DNA of 64,000 nt from Botryllus schlosseri. Taxonomy: Eukaryota. Location of the stretch: NCBI GenBank assembly GCA_051294905.1, contig CM119386.1, positions 9,176,001 to 9,240,000 of the forward strand. The letters are read 5' to 3'. The position numbers and the translations under genes are program-made. Under the pieces are notes generated by a model. It saw only the letters and a program-made list of their open reading frames with translations, was not told the DNA's origin and searched no databases. This document shows, one piece after another, positions 51,398 to 63,144 of the stretch (the first letter of the stretch is position 1; each line of letters starts with the position of its first letter).

Positions 51398-52500
51398 ATA
51401 TAGATACACCCAAGGCACACGAAACCTGAACCTACCTCAGACTTATCCCGCGGTATGAATCGAGTACAACATCTTGATCCAAATTATGCATGCACGTAGG
51501 AACGTAGGAAGGTATGCACTGGAGCACCTCACTATAAGGACACTTTTCGGAAAATGGACATTGGACAATTTGGACATTTTTCAGCAAGCAAGTAGAGTAA
51601 ACTGAATTTTCTAACATTTCCTTAACGGGAAAGTGTGCGATTAAGCTATTGATCTTGTCTTTGTTCACATTTTAAGTGTTTACTGCATCATTACAATTGA
51701 CAGCCTGGGAAAAGCAGAATGATGCTCCGCTCGCTGACACATGCAGCATTCATTTTTGTCGCTAACTTTTATGTTATCCTTTTTTTATCCAGTGTGCATA
51801 TGTACGAATTTTGCATGCCTCTTATTCACATGCAGTAATCAAGGGGCCGCCAACTCAAAACGGGTCGTGGACCACTTTTCAAATTTCGAAGAGGGCGCGG
51901 GTCGCATGAATTCGTAGTGAGATAAAATAGGCCACAAACTTTAAGAGTCACGTTTTTAAAACTTTACGTCAGACAACGCTATACTCTATCTATAACATGG
52001 GCTACGGGTGTCGGGCATATATCATAAATTAAATAAAGCTTTATTAAAGAAATACAAATACAACAAAAACATCACGATCATCACATTCATTCTATTTTGA
52101 ACTATCAGCAGCGCGCGATACCTGAGGCCATGGCTAGACTAGGGTTACCATATTTCAGTAACCCAAATTCCGGACACTCTTAGCGCCCACTAGTGGATTT
52201 CTAAATGAGTCATGACGTCACACTATCAAAGCTTTGTTCATAGACCAGAGGTGATCACGATCCGGTTCCGGAGTATGAGGTTGTGTGTTGTGTAACCGGG
52301 ACCAAAAGCACATGTTTTCAGCCCCCTCCCGTCAACACATAAACAAATATTTTGAGCGCACACTATAGGGTAATCGATGCAACTTCTGGGATTGTGCTTG
52401 CTTTATGAATCTGGTTTCCATATGCATCTGGTCGTTAGATTATTTGAATGAATCCCGTCAATGATATTGCTCGTTTAATATATTACTATATAGATACTAC

Positions 52501-53482
52501 TAGGGATGGTGTGAACCTCTGAAAGGTTCAGGTTCGTGTGAACGCGAAACTTTTTGAAAGGTTCTGTAAGAACGCGAACGTGAACCTCATGACGTCCCGT
52601 GACGTCATATTGCTAATACCAACCCTACATTTCAGTGGTAAATTAATGTACACGTTTTCTAGCGATGACTCAAGCCATATTATGCCACAATGCTGAAGTA
52701 CGTACATACTGACTTTTTAGACGTCGCCAAATGTATCAACTGGGGCAATCAAATGATATAATAATCCCATAAAATCAAAATCTTCAGTCGCTTTGCCAAC
52801 AATTTCCACGAGGACTTGCAAGAGAATATAACCTTACGCATTAACGGTCTATGTCAGACCAGACAATGTATTCGATGTCTGACTATTACTACGTTACTAC
52901 GTATTGCTACGTTGATATTGATCAGAGTGTAAAAACGGGTTTCCATACTCGCTACCGATATTACACCAGTAAAAAATTATACAGCACTACAGCAGTAGCC
53001 AACATCCCAATCGCACGGATTTGGTTTTTATAAAGCAATAAGAATGTCAAATAAAGATGGATCTCGTACGCCTCTAGATTTTTCACATTAGACAGCTTTA
53101 TCAATTTCAAGCATTATTCACCGACTAACTACATGTTGCGTATTCCGCTCTTGATGATGTGTGATTGCGGTTCACATTTACAAACGGAAAGCTGGATATT
53201 TGGAGCAAACTTTTGTAACAAAGCAAGTATTTTTTCGATTGTCAAGGTGCATGCTCGTTTAGTATTGATTTTTTTATGCTGCCAACGCCATGCAGAGAGT
53301 GACCCGCAGCTGAAATGCAATAAATTTCAACCAAAGATGTTATAAGGACGTGATAAATTGTAATATATGAAAAAGGTTCACAGTCCAGAACCTACCATGC
53401 TTCGTTTGTGAACGTGAATCTCTTAATTTCCGAGGTTCACGCACAGAACGCGAACGTGAACCTCACGTTCACACCATCCCTA
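52501..53482. mobile_element. Non-autonomous hAT, 982 bp, nested in 52140-54206
   Basis: Perfect 16-bp TIR TAGGGATGGTGTGAAC, perfect TSD GATACTAC, GTGAAC/GTTCAC subterminal repeats. Confidence 0.95.
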
Positions 53483-53647
53483 GATACTACTCTCCGCCCC
53501 AATGATCAGAGTTAGCGGTAGAGCTGATGGAGGATGATGAGTTCGAAAATACAGGGAGCGTAATTGCACATCGTTAAGTCATGTTCATGTCCTACCGATA
53601 AGATTGTTGCCGGTGCGCACCACATAGCTTTATAAACACCCCTCTTC

Positions 53648-53820
53648 CAGTGGTTTCCAACCTGGTTCCGTGGGCCAGATCAAAATTTGACGAGCTGAAT
53701 ACTAAATGAAGTCAGCACCTTTGCCCAGACTTACTCACGGGCTATTTTGAAAGCTGATTACGTTCAACATGTTCGCAAACCCTAAAATAAAAGCCAACTA
53801 CCCCCTGTTTGGAACCACTA
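53648..53820. mobile_element. Small old CAGTGG-type MITE; a homologous copy starts near 46650
   Basis: CAGTGGTTTCCAAC / TTTGGAACCACTA ends; no TSD left. Confidence 0.6.
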
Positions 53821-54575
53821 TCGTTGAATAAAGCATATAAACAGCCTTAACGATATCTAGGAATAAACCGTTCTCCTATAATTTGGATTACAATGAGGCT
53901 TATTCCACTAAATGAAAGTTGTTTTTATTTATATTTCATTGCAGTTTTTTCGAGGGTGGTAATCTCCATATTAAAATCAATAAATGTGACAGTAAATCGC
54001 GCGCAGCGCAAAAAAAAATATCATGCGTCAGCATAAATATTCCCAAAAAATATTGTTTTTATGCTGATTTACGAAAAATTTATGAGCCTACGTCAAGTCT
54101 TTAAAATTCCGGACATTTGGCCTATTTTAGAAATTCCTCCCGGACGCTAGTTCGAACAGTGAAATTCCGGACATGTCCGGGAAATTCCGGACGTATGGCA
54201 ACCCTAGGCTCGACACGGTAATTGTTGGAAAACTATATCTCCTCGTAAAGCTTGACCTATTGGGGAAGCCCCAATTCGTTTTCTAAGCGTCTTGGCACTG
54301 TATGGGTCATTGTACGTCAAGGCTATATGCCCAAGCCCATTCATTTCAACTAATTATTTCGCCATGGAATGCTATTACCATCGCCTAAGCCTTATCAACT
54401 AGTGAGGAATAGTGGTGTTGGCGCTGGATAATAGCTCATTTATAATAACAAAAACAATACTTTCAAATTTAAATCAATTTCAACTTCAGCATGGTTTGAT
54501 ATTGATTTTGATAAAAGTTTTAATAGAATTATGATCATGACACAGTCCAGCGAAACTGCCGAACTCAATGACTAC

Positions 54576-56169
54576 CAGGGCTTTGGAGCAATCGTAAATT
54601 TAAACTGCTCCGGCTCCGGCTCGGGAGCTCTCTTCTGAGATGAATTAGCTCCGGAGTTCATTAATACCACTGCTCCGGCACCGGCAAATACGGTTCGGTC
54701 GTAGCCTTCGCAAGGAACTATCATTTAGTGGGGGTATACAAAGTCCTGTGACGTGATAATTACTTCGTGTCGTCTGTCGATGACGTCATATCGGCACGAG
54801 AACGCAATTTACTCCTAGCCATTGCATGTACATTATACACATGATACAGTATCACAACAGTGACGTGATGTTTTAATACCGATACTGCGTTCGGTAATAT
54901 CAAGCCATACAGTCCAATTTAATCTTCAAATGGTGCGATTTGCTCATATGTATAACTGCAGAAATGAGCGCATACCGCGACTTTATCAGCAGAAATCCAC
55001 TTTTTACCAAATATACCCAATGGCTTCAAATTTGATATTTGTGCGCTCGTTAACAGTCCGTCCGTCGTCGATCAAGTTTATTGGAGTAAAGAAGGTTCTC
55101 CTTCGAACGAATCAAATAAACTCAAAATAATTGCCACTGACAATCTGGTGCTGCATCAATATTTGAGAACTTAATTGAACGTCGTGCACTGTAGAAGTCA
55201 GTAACCAATTATAATGCAAGCTCGCAATTGACATTGCAAGACAATTCAAGAGGACGAGTGTATCAAGCAGACAATAATGAATACACAAAATTTATGATTA
55301 GAAATTGGAAAGCGGAAAGCGCGCATCCAATCACTAATTGCCCTCTTATATTCATTACCAGGGCAGGGTTCGGACACCGCATTGAGTAGCTCGCATCGCG
55401 GCAATTGTAGGCTATGCGGACTATAACAGCGATCTGGGCTGCTTCGATGTATTTCCCTATTTACGTTTGCAAATCGATACTGGAGTAAACGATCGTGCGC
55501 TTGAATGAATTTCAATTCATAGGCAAAAACGATAACACACCACAGTGTTCTAAGAACACCGTGAAACACTATAACACACTATCCAATTTGGCGCTACGAT
55601 TAAAAAACTATCAACGATACGTGCATTTGGTCGTCCAGTCCAGAAAAGGCGTGCGGCATGCGCGGCTCTAAATCAACATGTGCAGCAAGGTCATGGTTAT
55701 ATCTTATGACGTTGCATATATATTCGTCTCATTACTAATTAGGTATATTGCTCATCTCACAAGCATCACTCCCATTTTGTGACAGGCATGCTTTTCATTA
55801 TTTTTCTAACCACACAATTGCCTATCGGTGTTGTGCTGATTACGAATTTGATGGTGTACCTATAATACAGTAATTACGGAGTAAGCGTGGCAAATCCAGC
55901 CTATCCAGGTTTGGAACCTGTGCATAAACAGGGTTACTGGTTGGTTAGAAAAGGTGGTGCCAACGAGGCAACAATTCTTACTTTTTTGAATGATTATCGT
56001 AAAAGTATGGGAATTCAGCCATCAGTAAAAGCATACCATCTTATGAAATACGTCGGAGCCGGAGCTAGAATTCATAGAACCGGCTGTAGCTCCGGATCCG
56101 GCTCCTCTTCAATTTTATGTAGAGCTCCGACTCCAGCTCCGGCTCCAGGGCTCCGGCTCCAAAGCCCTG
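54576..56169. mobile_element. Non-autonomous hAT (Ac-type target), 1594 bp
   Basis: Perfect 14-bp TIR CAGGGCTTTGGAGC, perfect TSD ATGACTAC, GCTCCG subterminal arrays at both ends. Confidence 0.95.
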
Positions 56170-56617
56170 ATGACTACAACCCGTCCCTTTGGTTTATGAA
56201 TAAAATACTACTCCAAGTCGTTTCGCCACCCTCCTATCTCTTCAATATTTCGCAATCGTGTGGTGTATTGATTTTATAAAATTTTTATTAAAATTTTGAT
56301 GATGAGACAGTCCAACGTAAACTGCCGAACTTAATGACCACAACCCGCGTAGATTTATCGATTGCTACGCATTCACCACGTTGTGTCTGACTTTGTTATT
56401 CAACGTCGTGAGTTTATGGAGGAGAGGAAGAGCACTATACATAGTATAGGCCTGCTAGGTATATGCAAAATGGACGTACATCTACAACACCGGTCGCCTG
56501 GGGCAGTAACACGCAGGAATGGTTACTCGGACTCCCCTATCGCTAGATGTCAACCGAGAATAAACAGTGGAAAGCAAGGATGCTTACAATTTCCAGTTAT
56601 CCCCAGTTACGCTATAG

Positions 56618-57961
56618 CAGGGGTTCTCAACCTGGGGGGCGAGGGAAGCTCTCGGGGGGTGGGGGGCGCGAGAAATGGACCACGTCTGTATGAATTCTGA
56701 CTGAAAATGTGCTTCACAGTCATTCTGAGAAGACGATTGTTAAAGATGAAACTTATTTCGTATTCAAGAAATCCCGCCTAATTCTAACTCCAGCGGTCGC
56801 GCTCAACCGAGTATATAGGCTGATTTCAACTTCATTCCAGCAAATATTTGATATTCTTTGAAAATTTGGAGCAATTCCCACGTGTAAGTAGCAGTAAGTA
56901 GTAGCATAAAGTTCGGTGCGCTGGGTAGCTGTTGTTAATAAATGGCGAACTGCACTGACAGATTTAGATACAATATAAGCTGCCCGGTTTCGCCCTCAGT
57001 TAATTGGAATGCGGATTCAAACTTGGCGTAAGACATACCATATGTAATTATGTATATTATTAGATCACGGAAGGGCAACCTGTTGCCACTGTAGATGGGA
57101 ATTTGTGCGGCCGTCGACAACTAATTCAATTGGTATGTGTTGGCATCCGTCGACATGCAAATTGAAATTACGAATTCACTCCCAAATTTTTGAGAGATTT
57201 TAATTAATCTTGAAATTTTCTTCACACCCCGCGCAATTCAACATAACCTAATTTTTCGATATTAATAGTAGCGTCCTTCTCCCTCTGAGCCGGAATCGGA
57301 ATCGTGTGCTCCTCACGAAAGAAATTTGTTTATGGTACATTTGAGCGATTTTAATGTATTTCCACTACCGATACAATCGACAATCCTGATCGGGGGTCAA
57401 GAAATAACAGCATGCAACCAAGTGACTTAAAACATTTGGCTCACCCAAGGATGCATTATCCTTTATAACTTGCCCAAAATTTTCAAAAGCTCTTCCTCAA
57501 TGAACCCTACCGGTGTATCTGATCACATGGGCTAAGAGAGGATAAATATTTGTTAATAATATGTGATACTGCTACTATTAATTACGGAATTCATTATTGA
57601 ATCTGAAAAATCCCAGCATCTAATCATAACATTGCGACTCGCGATTTCGGTACGTACAAAAGGCTTTTGTTAAAAGTATAATAGTCCGGACTCCAGAGTT
57701 CACCGGCAATGGATATGGACAGAATAACATAGGTATTTCGCGTCCAGTTAGTTCATTACGGCTATGCCCTGGAATGCGGCCTTAGGCTACATAAGTAATC
57801 GTAATGGGCCGTGCTTAGCAAAAAGGTTGCCTACCTCTGTGTTAGATGATGTGCTCTTTTTGACATGACGAAAAGTGTAGGGGGGGTCAGGGGGGTCAGG
57901 GGCGCAATATTTTCGACCATTCCCAAGGGGGGTGCATGTCCAAAAAGGTTGAGAACCGCTG
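56618..57961. mobile_element. Charlie-type hAT, 1344 bp
   Basis: CAG-GGTTCTCAACC / GGTTGAGAACCGCTG; flanks CGCTATAG / CGGCTATAG (1-bp indel); G-rich subterminal motifs. Confidence 0.85.
57066..57839. mobile_element. hAT nested in 56618-57961, 774 bp
   Basis: Degenerate left end CACGGAAGGGCAACC, right end GGTTGCCTACCTCTG, TSD TATTAGAT/TGTTAGAT (7/8). Confidence 0.7.
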
Positions 57962-58323
57962 CGGCTATAGTTATGCTATAGTTACGCGACAAACGATACA
58001 TTCAACCCCAGCACCAGCATATATGTTCGAACTGGTCAAGCGAAATGTCTTACAAAGTTACAATACTAGTAAATTCGAGTCATTCGCGGTATATTTCACG
58101 TTACAATGGCAACAATTTCCAAGCCAATTTGACGACCATTTTTTACAGCCAGACTGTATAGAGTCAAGTATACCTGTTTGATCTGGTGTGATCAGACTAT
58201 AGTCTACCTCCACGGTTGTATCAATTATTCCTATCTGATACCGAATAATGTGCATGCATATTTTCTGTACCACCATCATTGCCGTCTGTTTTTTTATGTA
58301 TTTTGATTGAATGAAAATAAAGA

Positions 58324-58346
58324 CTCTCTCTCTCTCTATCTCTCTC
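58324..58346 (+). repeat. (CT)n microsatellite
   Basis: Seen directly; one interruption. Confidence 0.85.
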
Positions 58347-59812
58347 GAAGCCCATAGCGTATCGCCGTAACCGTGGATTGTGCATTTAACGGCATGGGAT
58401 TCCTGAGCATTACCGTTCCTTACTCGATCCGCCGGTGTCGGAAAAAAAAGAAGGTCTGACCGCACCGGCGCTCATATACAAAGCCACGAGCCTCTTTTGA
58501 TATTTATTAGGCGTATAAATTTCAGAGTTTGATAGGCAAGCCTCACACATGTGACATGTTTCATAAATATCGAGATTCAGTACGTCATCATATAATCCAC
58601 TATGCACAACTGTCTGTTTCCGGTGCGGGTAGGCTACTTTTTACATCCTGACTTCATTTCAAAACAGGGTCAATATCCACATCTGTCGACCAAATAACTC
58701 TCTATTATTTTGTGCTCCTCATAGTCGACGTCAACGCAGTTAGGCTACGTCGTTGAACCCCTCCAACCAAGGAAAGGCGTTAGGATGGCCCAACGGTTGG
58801 AATTACATTTGCCTCCTACGCCTAGCACATCTAATTAGAATTCGGGCATCATAAGTTAAACCATTTTCACGCCATATAGCATACCCATGCAGCTCAAAGA
58901 TAAACTTCAATATCTGATTTCATTTGTGGGCAACTTGAAAAGTATAAACAACGTAATTTCATGATATTTGCACACCAATTCCGGTTAGATATGAATCATC
59001 TTCATCAATGGCTGGGTTCTTGGCTGATCGCGGTAATGGCAACTATAATGGTTCAGAGTTAGTCAACTGAATATAGTGCGTCAATATTCGTCTATAACTT
59101 GCGCCTATCAAGTGTCGTAGATTATATGGTTAAGTGTGACCACTGACCAGGATAGCCGGGATCATGAATGACTTTGTCGTTTTCGTCCTCTGATATCAGT
59201 TAGGCACCAGAATCTGTAGTAGTAAACTGAGATGTTGATTTTTTCTCGGTGCAAATATCCGCTGACCAACATTCTCAAGGCCTTATTTCGTCCCGTCTTT
59301 GTGCATGTGTTGACTCAGGAAGGTGTAAGCAGTGGCGTAGCAGTCACTTGGCGGTTCTGGCTCTGCGCCAGGGGCGGCAGGCTCCAAGGGGGCGGCAGAA
59401 TGAGGCTATACACAGTGCACAATGTACATATGCAGCCGGATAAAAGTAGCGTAAGTGGTAGTCCATAGCTTGCGTCCCGTGAGCTAAAATTTATTCAGAC
59501 TGGTCTCAATGGAAATCTAGTGTCGCGCTGATTTCGAATATGTTAACATGACAATGGAACCACTCCACTTGCTCCTAACAATCGCGGAGCGCCGCAACAC
59601 AATGACCAACCGACCATGCTAATGGAAATTATATCGAGCGATTATTCGGGAAATTGCCGATTTTCAGACCAGCATTTAAATTGTATTTCCGGAATCAGGC
59701 TAACGATAGCTTTCGATTAAGATCTGTATTGTTAAATTTAACCGCACGGAGGGGCCTGGCCAACTATAGGATGACCATGACCTATTATGCTGCTTTTACC
59801 TGTCTCGTCAGT

Positions 59813-60251
59813 GGTTCTATACCAATACCGAGAAAACCATTACCGAGAATGGACGTTACCGAGAATGCCATTACCGAGAATGGACATTACCGAGAACGGA
59901 CATTACCGAGAATGGTCATTACCGAGAATGGACACCGCCGAGAATGGACATTACCGAGAATGGCCAATGTCAAGAATATAGCTTACTGGGACTGACGTTG
60001 CCGAGGAATGTATACCTGAGCATCGATACCCAATGTGGCAACGCCGTGATGCACTCCCACGACCTGTGCATATGCATAACATGCCTGCATTGCATATATT
60101 GCATTCTCGGTAATGTCCATTCTCGGTGGTGTCCATTCTCGGTAATGTCCATTCTCTGTGGTGTCCATTCTCGGTAATGTCAATTCTCGTTGGTGTCCAT
60201 TCTCGGTAATGGCATTCTCGGTAATGGTTTTATCGGTATTGTCCGGACACC
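59813..60251. mobile_element. MULE-like MITE with inverted arrays of a 16-bp subrepeat
   Basis: Perfect 9-bp TSD CTCGTCAGT, GGT termini, about 9 copies of CATTACCGAGAATGGA on the left and about 8 inverted copies on the right. Confidence 0.85.
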
Positions 60252-60345
60252 CTCGTCAGTAGTGTCTGGGTAGTGGGTATTCAAGTGTGACAACTAAGTT
60301 GCCCATCCATCCGTAGGTTAGTGATCTATAACTCTGGGTTACGAT

Positions 60346-60827
60346 TACGGCTGGGCAAAATCGAGTACCTGAGTGATTCGATTCTGAATCACTTATTATG
60401 CTTCGAGTCGAGTAGAGTCGTGTATTCGTGTATCACTCATTAACAAAACAGAATGTCATATGTCGCAGTTCAATTATGTACCTTTTATGCCACCACAAAT
60501 GATATAATGCCTGTTATACATCACATTGAAGATAATTTGGTATTTTTTCGACCATACTGATTTCATTGCATTTTGTGACAATGTTGAGGGATGATCATGA
60601 CTTCTGAAAATGTGGTATTTCCAGTAAACTTTAGAACTTTGCACTACATGTTTTTTATGCTGCGATACGGCCAATCAATGTTTCAAGGCTTCCACAGTGA
60701 AAAATAGTATCGAAACATCAATGGCGAGGAGCGTATAATTTCAGTACTCGAAAAAAATCGTATTTTACTACTCGACTTGAATCATCAGATTGGAGTAGGC
60801 CTACTCGAATCATCGTGCCCAGCCCTA
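60346..60827. mobile_element. hAT MITE, TAGGGCTGGGC type, 482 bp
   Basis: TACGGCTGGGCA / TGCCCAGCCCTA; GTTACGAT on both sides (extra TA on the right); TCGAGTA/TACTCGA repeats. Confidence 0.8.
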
Positions 60828-61549
60828 TAGTTACGATATGGTACACCAGACCGAGATAGCTGTGAAGGTAAACCAGTCCTAGGAGCTGTATAAGTTGGTA
60901 ATAATTGTGAGATTGGCAGATTGTGCTTAAATTTATACAAGTGTTAATTAAGACTCGAAAATGAAATACAGTCGTGCGCTATTTCTTGTCTTTATTATTT
61001 TTGGCCTTATTAACGTTAAGACGGTGAGGCTGAGACGCGGCATTATTTGAAATAATTTTTTATTGAAAAGATTGCTTGAACATGAATCTTTGTCGAAATT
61101 TGCTTCGGTCTACTTAGGGGGCGGCATTTTTTAGCGAGAGCCAGGGACGGCAGCACATGCTGCTACGCCAGTGGGTGTAAGGTGCACCACTATACGAGTA
61201 TGATAAATCCGGGCGACCGCACATAAAGCCGCGCGTTTCCTGGTACTGTGATTTTTCTGTTTGAGCTCGTAGTTACCTCCACTGTGTTGTAACGAAGAAT
61301 GATATAGTCAAATCGTCTATTCCTATATTGACCGTCATACATATTCCACCGTCTATCGACTTGACAAGAAAAGGCGTTTTATTATTCGTTCACGGTGAAG
61401 CATTCTCTCACTTATAACAAAAAGCTACTCACTACGCTCGCTTCCCATTCACGATCTGTTCCGGTCGGTGTTCTGCAAACAGGTTAGATAAGGGTTGGGT
61501 ACAGGTAGTTTACGTATGAACCGCTTATCATGATATAAGTGTAGTGAGG

Positions 61550-63144
61550 ATGCTACAATTATGTGTATGGTTTATTGTGATGACTGTAATTGTGCGAGGT
61601 GACAAAAGCAATGATGAGAATGCCGCTGATGCTCGCCCGATGCTTTATTTCTCTAAAGACGACTTGCTCCGTTTACGGGCCAAAGCTGATTTCAGCCATC
61701 ACAAAATCTCCGAGGGTATTTACGAAGCTGCACACGCATTAACCAGTGACCAATGGAAATATTTGCCACCTAAAGATTACAAGAAGTTCGTGTCCGACTG
61801 GAATGAGCAGTATGGGAATAACTTGTGCGCGTTTTCGTTTTATTGTGCACTGCGCCCGGAGGATAGCAAAACTTTCGAACTCGTCAGAACATATCTAGAC
61901 AGAATGGAAAGCTACAAAGATTGGTACGTGGGTGGAAATAACGGTGTCGACGTTGGTCCTATAGCGCATACCTTGACAGGATTTGCCACAGCCTACGACT
62001 TCCTGTATCACAAATTAGACCCGAAAAGACGTCAGCTGTATTTCAGTAAAATAAAATCGGTCACAGCCGACCTTTACAAAATATTCGATCGACAGAAATT
62101 TAATTTCATGATGCAGTACACACATAGTCAATCGGTGGCTAACAGCGTGGGTTTCTTCATAGGCGCTTTGGTTGTATCAGTGCAAGAGCCTGAAGTAGCT
62201 GCTCCATGGATCCAGAAAGCACGCGACAGCCTTGACTTCACGTTGGAATTGTTATCGTACGTGGTGGACGGATCATCCAGCGAGGGCGTTTCGTACGGTA
62301 GCTACACGTCTCAATTTTTGACGCAATACGTCTATCTCGCCAAGCGGCATCACAATATGGATTATGCACGTAACCAGTGGCTTCTGAATCATTTTTGGTT
62401 TTATTACCACACTATACTGCCGGGTTTTCAACGTACCGTAGGGATTGCGGACGGTAATTATAATTGGTTGTACGGTCCCGAAAGTCAGATATTGTTCCTA
62501 GACAGTCAGGTCATGAATTCAGGCTACGGAAATTGGCTTGTCGACCGAATTCAAGCCGCGAGGGTAAGTTACAGACCAATAGCACCCTCTACAACTCAAA
62601 TCTGGAGCAGCCATCACACCGAATTCATTTTCTACAACTCATCCCTACCGTCTGTGCAACCAAGCCCAAACACAACGTCACAATTGCATGTTTTCTCAGA
62701 CTGGGGCGTAGTGACTTACGGCGGCGGCCAAGAAGCCAAAATGGGAAATACTTATTTTTCCTTCAAATGCGGTACGCCCGGGGGAGAAGCAGTGCGATAT
62801 CTTCTACACAGTGGGAGGTACAGCAACCGCATCGACGGCTGGGACAATTTTAAACCAGGTCACGAACATCCAGATCAAAACTCTTTTGTATTTGTGCCAA
62901 ACGGAAGATATGTAGTATCGGAGGCCTTGCATGGACCGAAGTATACATACCTAGACAACACAATCTCTTTTGCGCCATCACCAACTTCACTGTGTAACAA
63001 ACCGTGGGAAGGCCAACTTGGCGAATGTGAAAGGTGGCTGAAATATGACCAATACACTCACGAAGACGTGCGAGGGGAAATATTGACTGCTGTATCTTCG
63101 GGACCCATGTCATTTGTGGCTGGCGAAGCTCTCGGAATGTACTC
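61550..63144 (+). CDS. DSEL: Dermatan-sulfate epimerase family protein (DSE/DSEL-like), first coding exon; gene continues beyond the identified sequence
   Basis: Signal peptide MLQLCVWFIVMTVIVRG, then PMLYF, WNEQYGNNL, TGFATAYDFLY, DGSSSEGVSYGSY, HFWFYYHTILPGFQRTVGIADGNYNWLYGPESQ, WGVVTYG, PGHEHPDQNSF, CNKPWEGQLGEC (closer to DSEL than DSE). True ATG is 61550; the ORF-track stop lies inside the donor TAC TC|gtaagt at 63145. Confidence 0.93.

Larger units (their letters stand above)
52140..54206. mobile_element. hAT MITE, TAGGGTT(G/A)CCATA family, copy 2, with nested insertions
   Basis: TAGGGTTACCATA / TATGGCAACCCTA, TSD GGCTAGAC/GGCTCGAC (7/8). Confidence 0.85.
59330..61173. mobile_element. 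CAGTGGCGTAGC-type hAT, 1844 bp, with two nested MITEs
   Basis: CAGTGGCGTAGCAG / CTGCTACGCCAGTG (1 mismatch), perfect TSD GGTGTAAG, GGGGCGGCA subterminal repeats. Confidence 0.9.

Noticed and set aside
46274-54206. One 7.9-kb element with long TIRs
   Set aside because: Outer flanks do not match (GTATTATG vs GGCTCGAC); each end pairs with its own partner end and TSD.
58345-58470. Small hairpin (ccggtg...caccgg) next to a microsatellite as ncRNA or SINE
   Set aside because: No Pol III A/B boxes or known RNA motif recognised.
59654-60240. Repeat array as CRISPR, or ORFs with ENGHYREWTLPRM repeats as a repeat protein
   Set aside because: Units are contiguous with no unique spacers, occur as two inverted arrays, and are bounded by a 9-bp TSD; this is a MITE.
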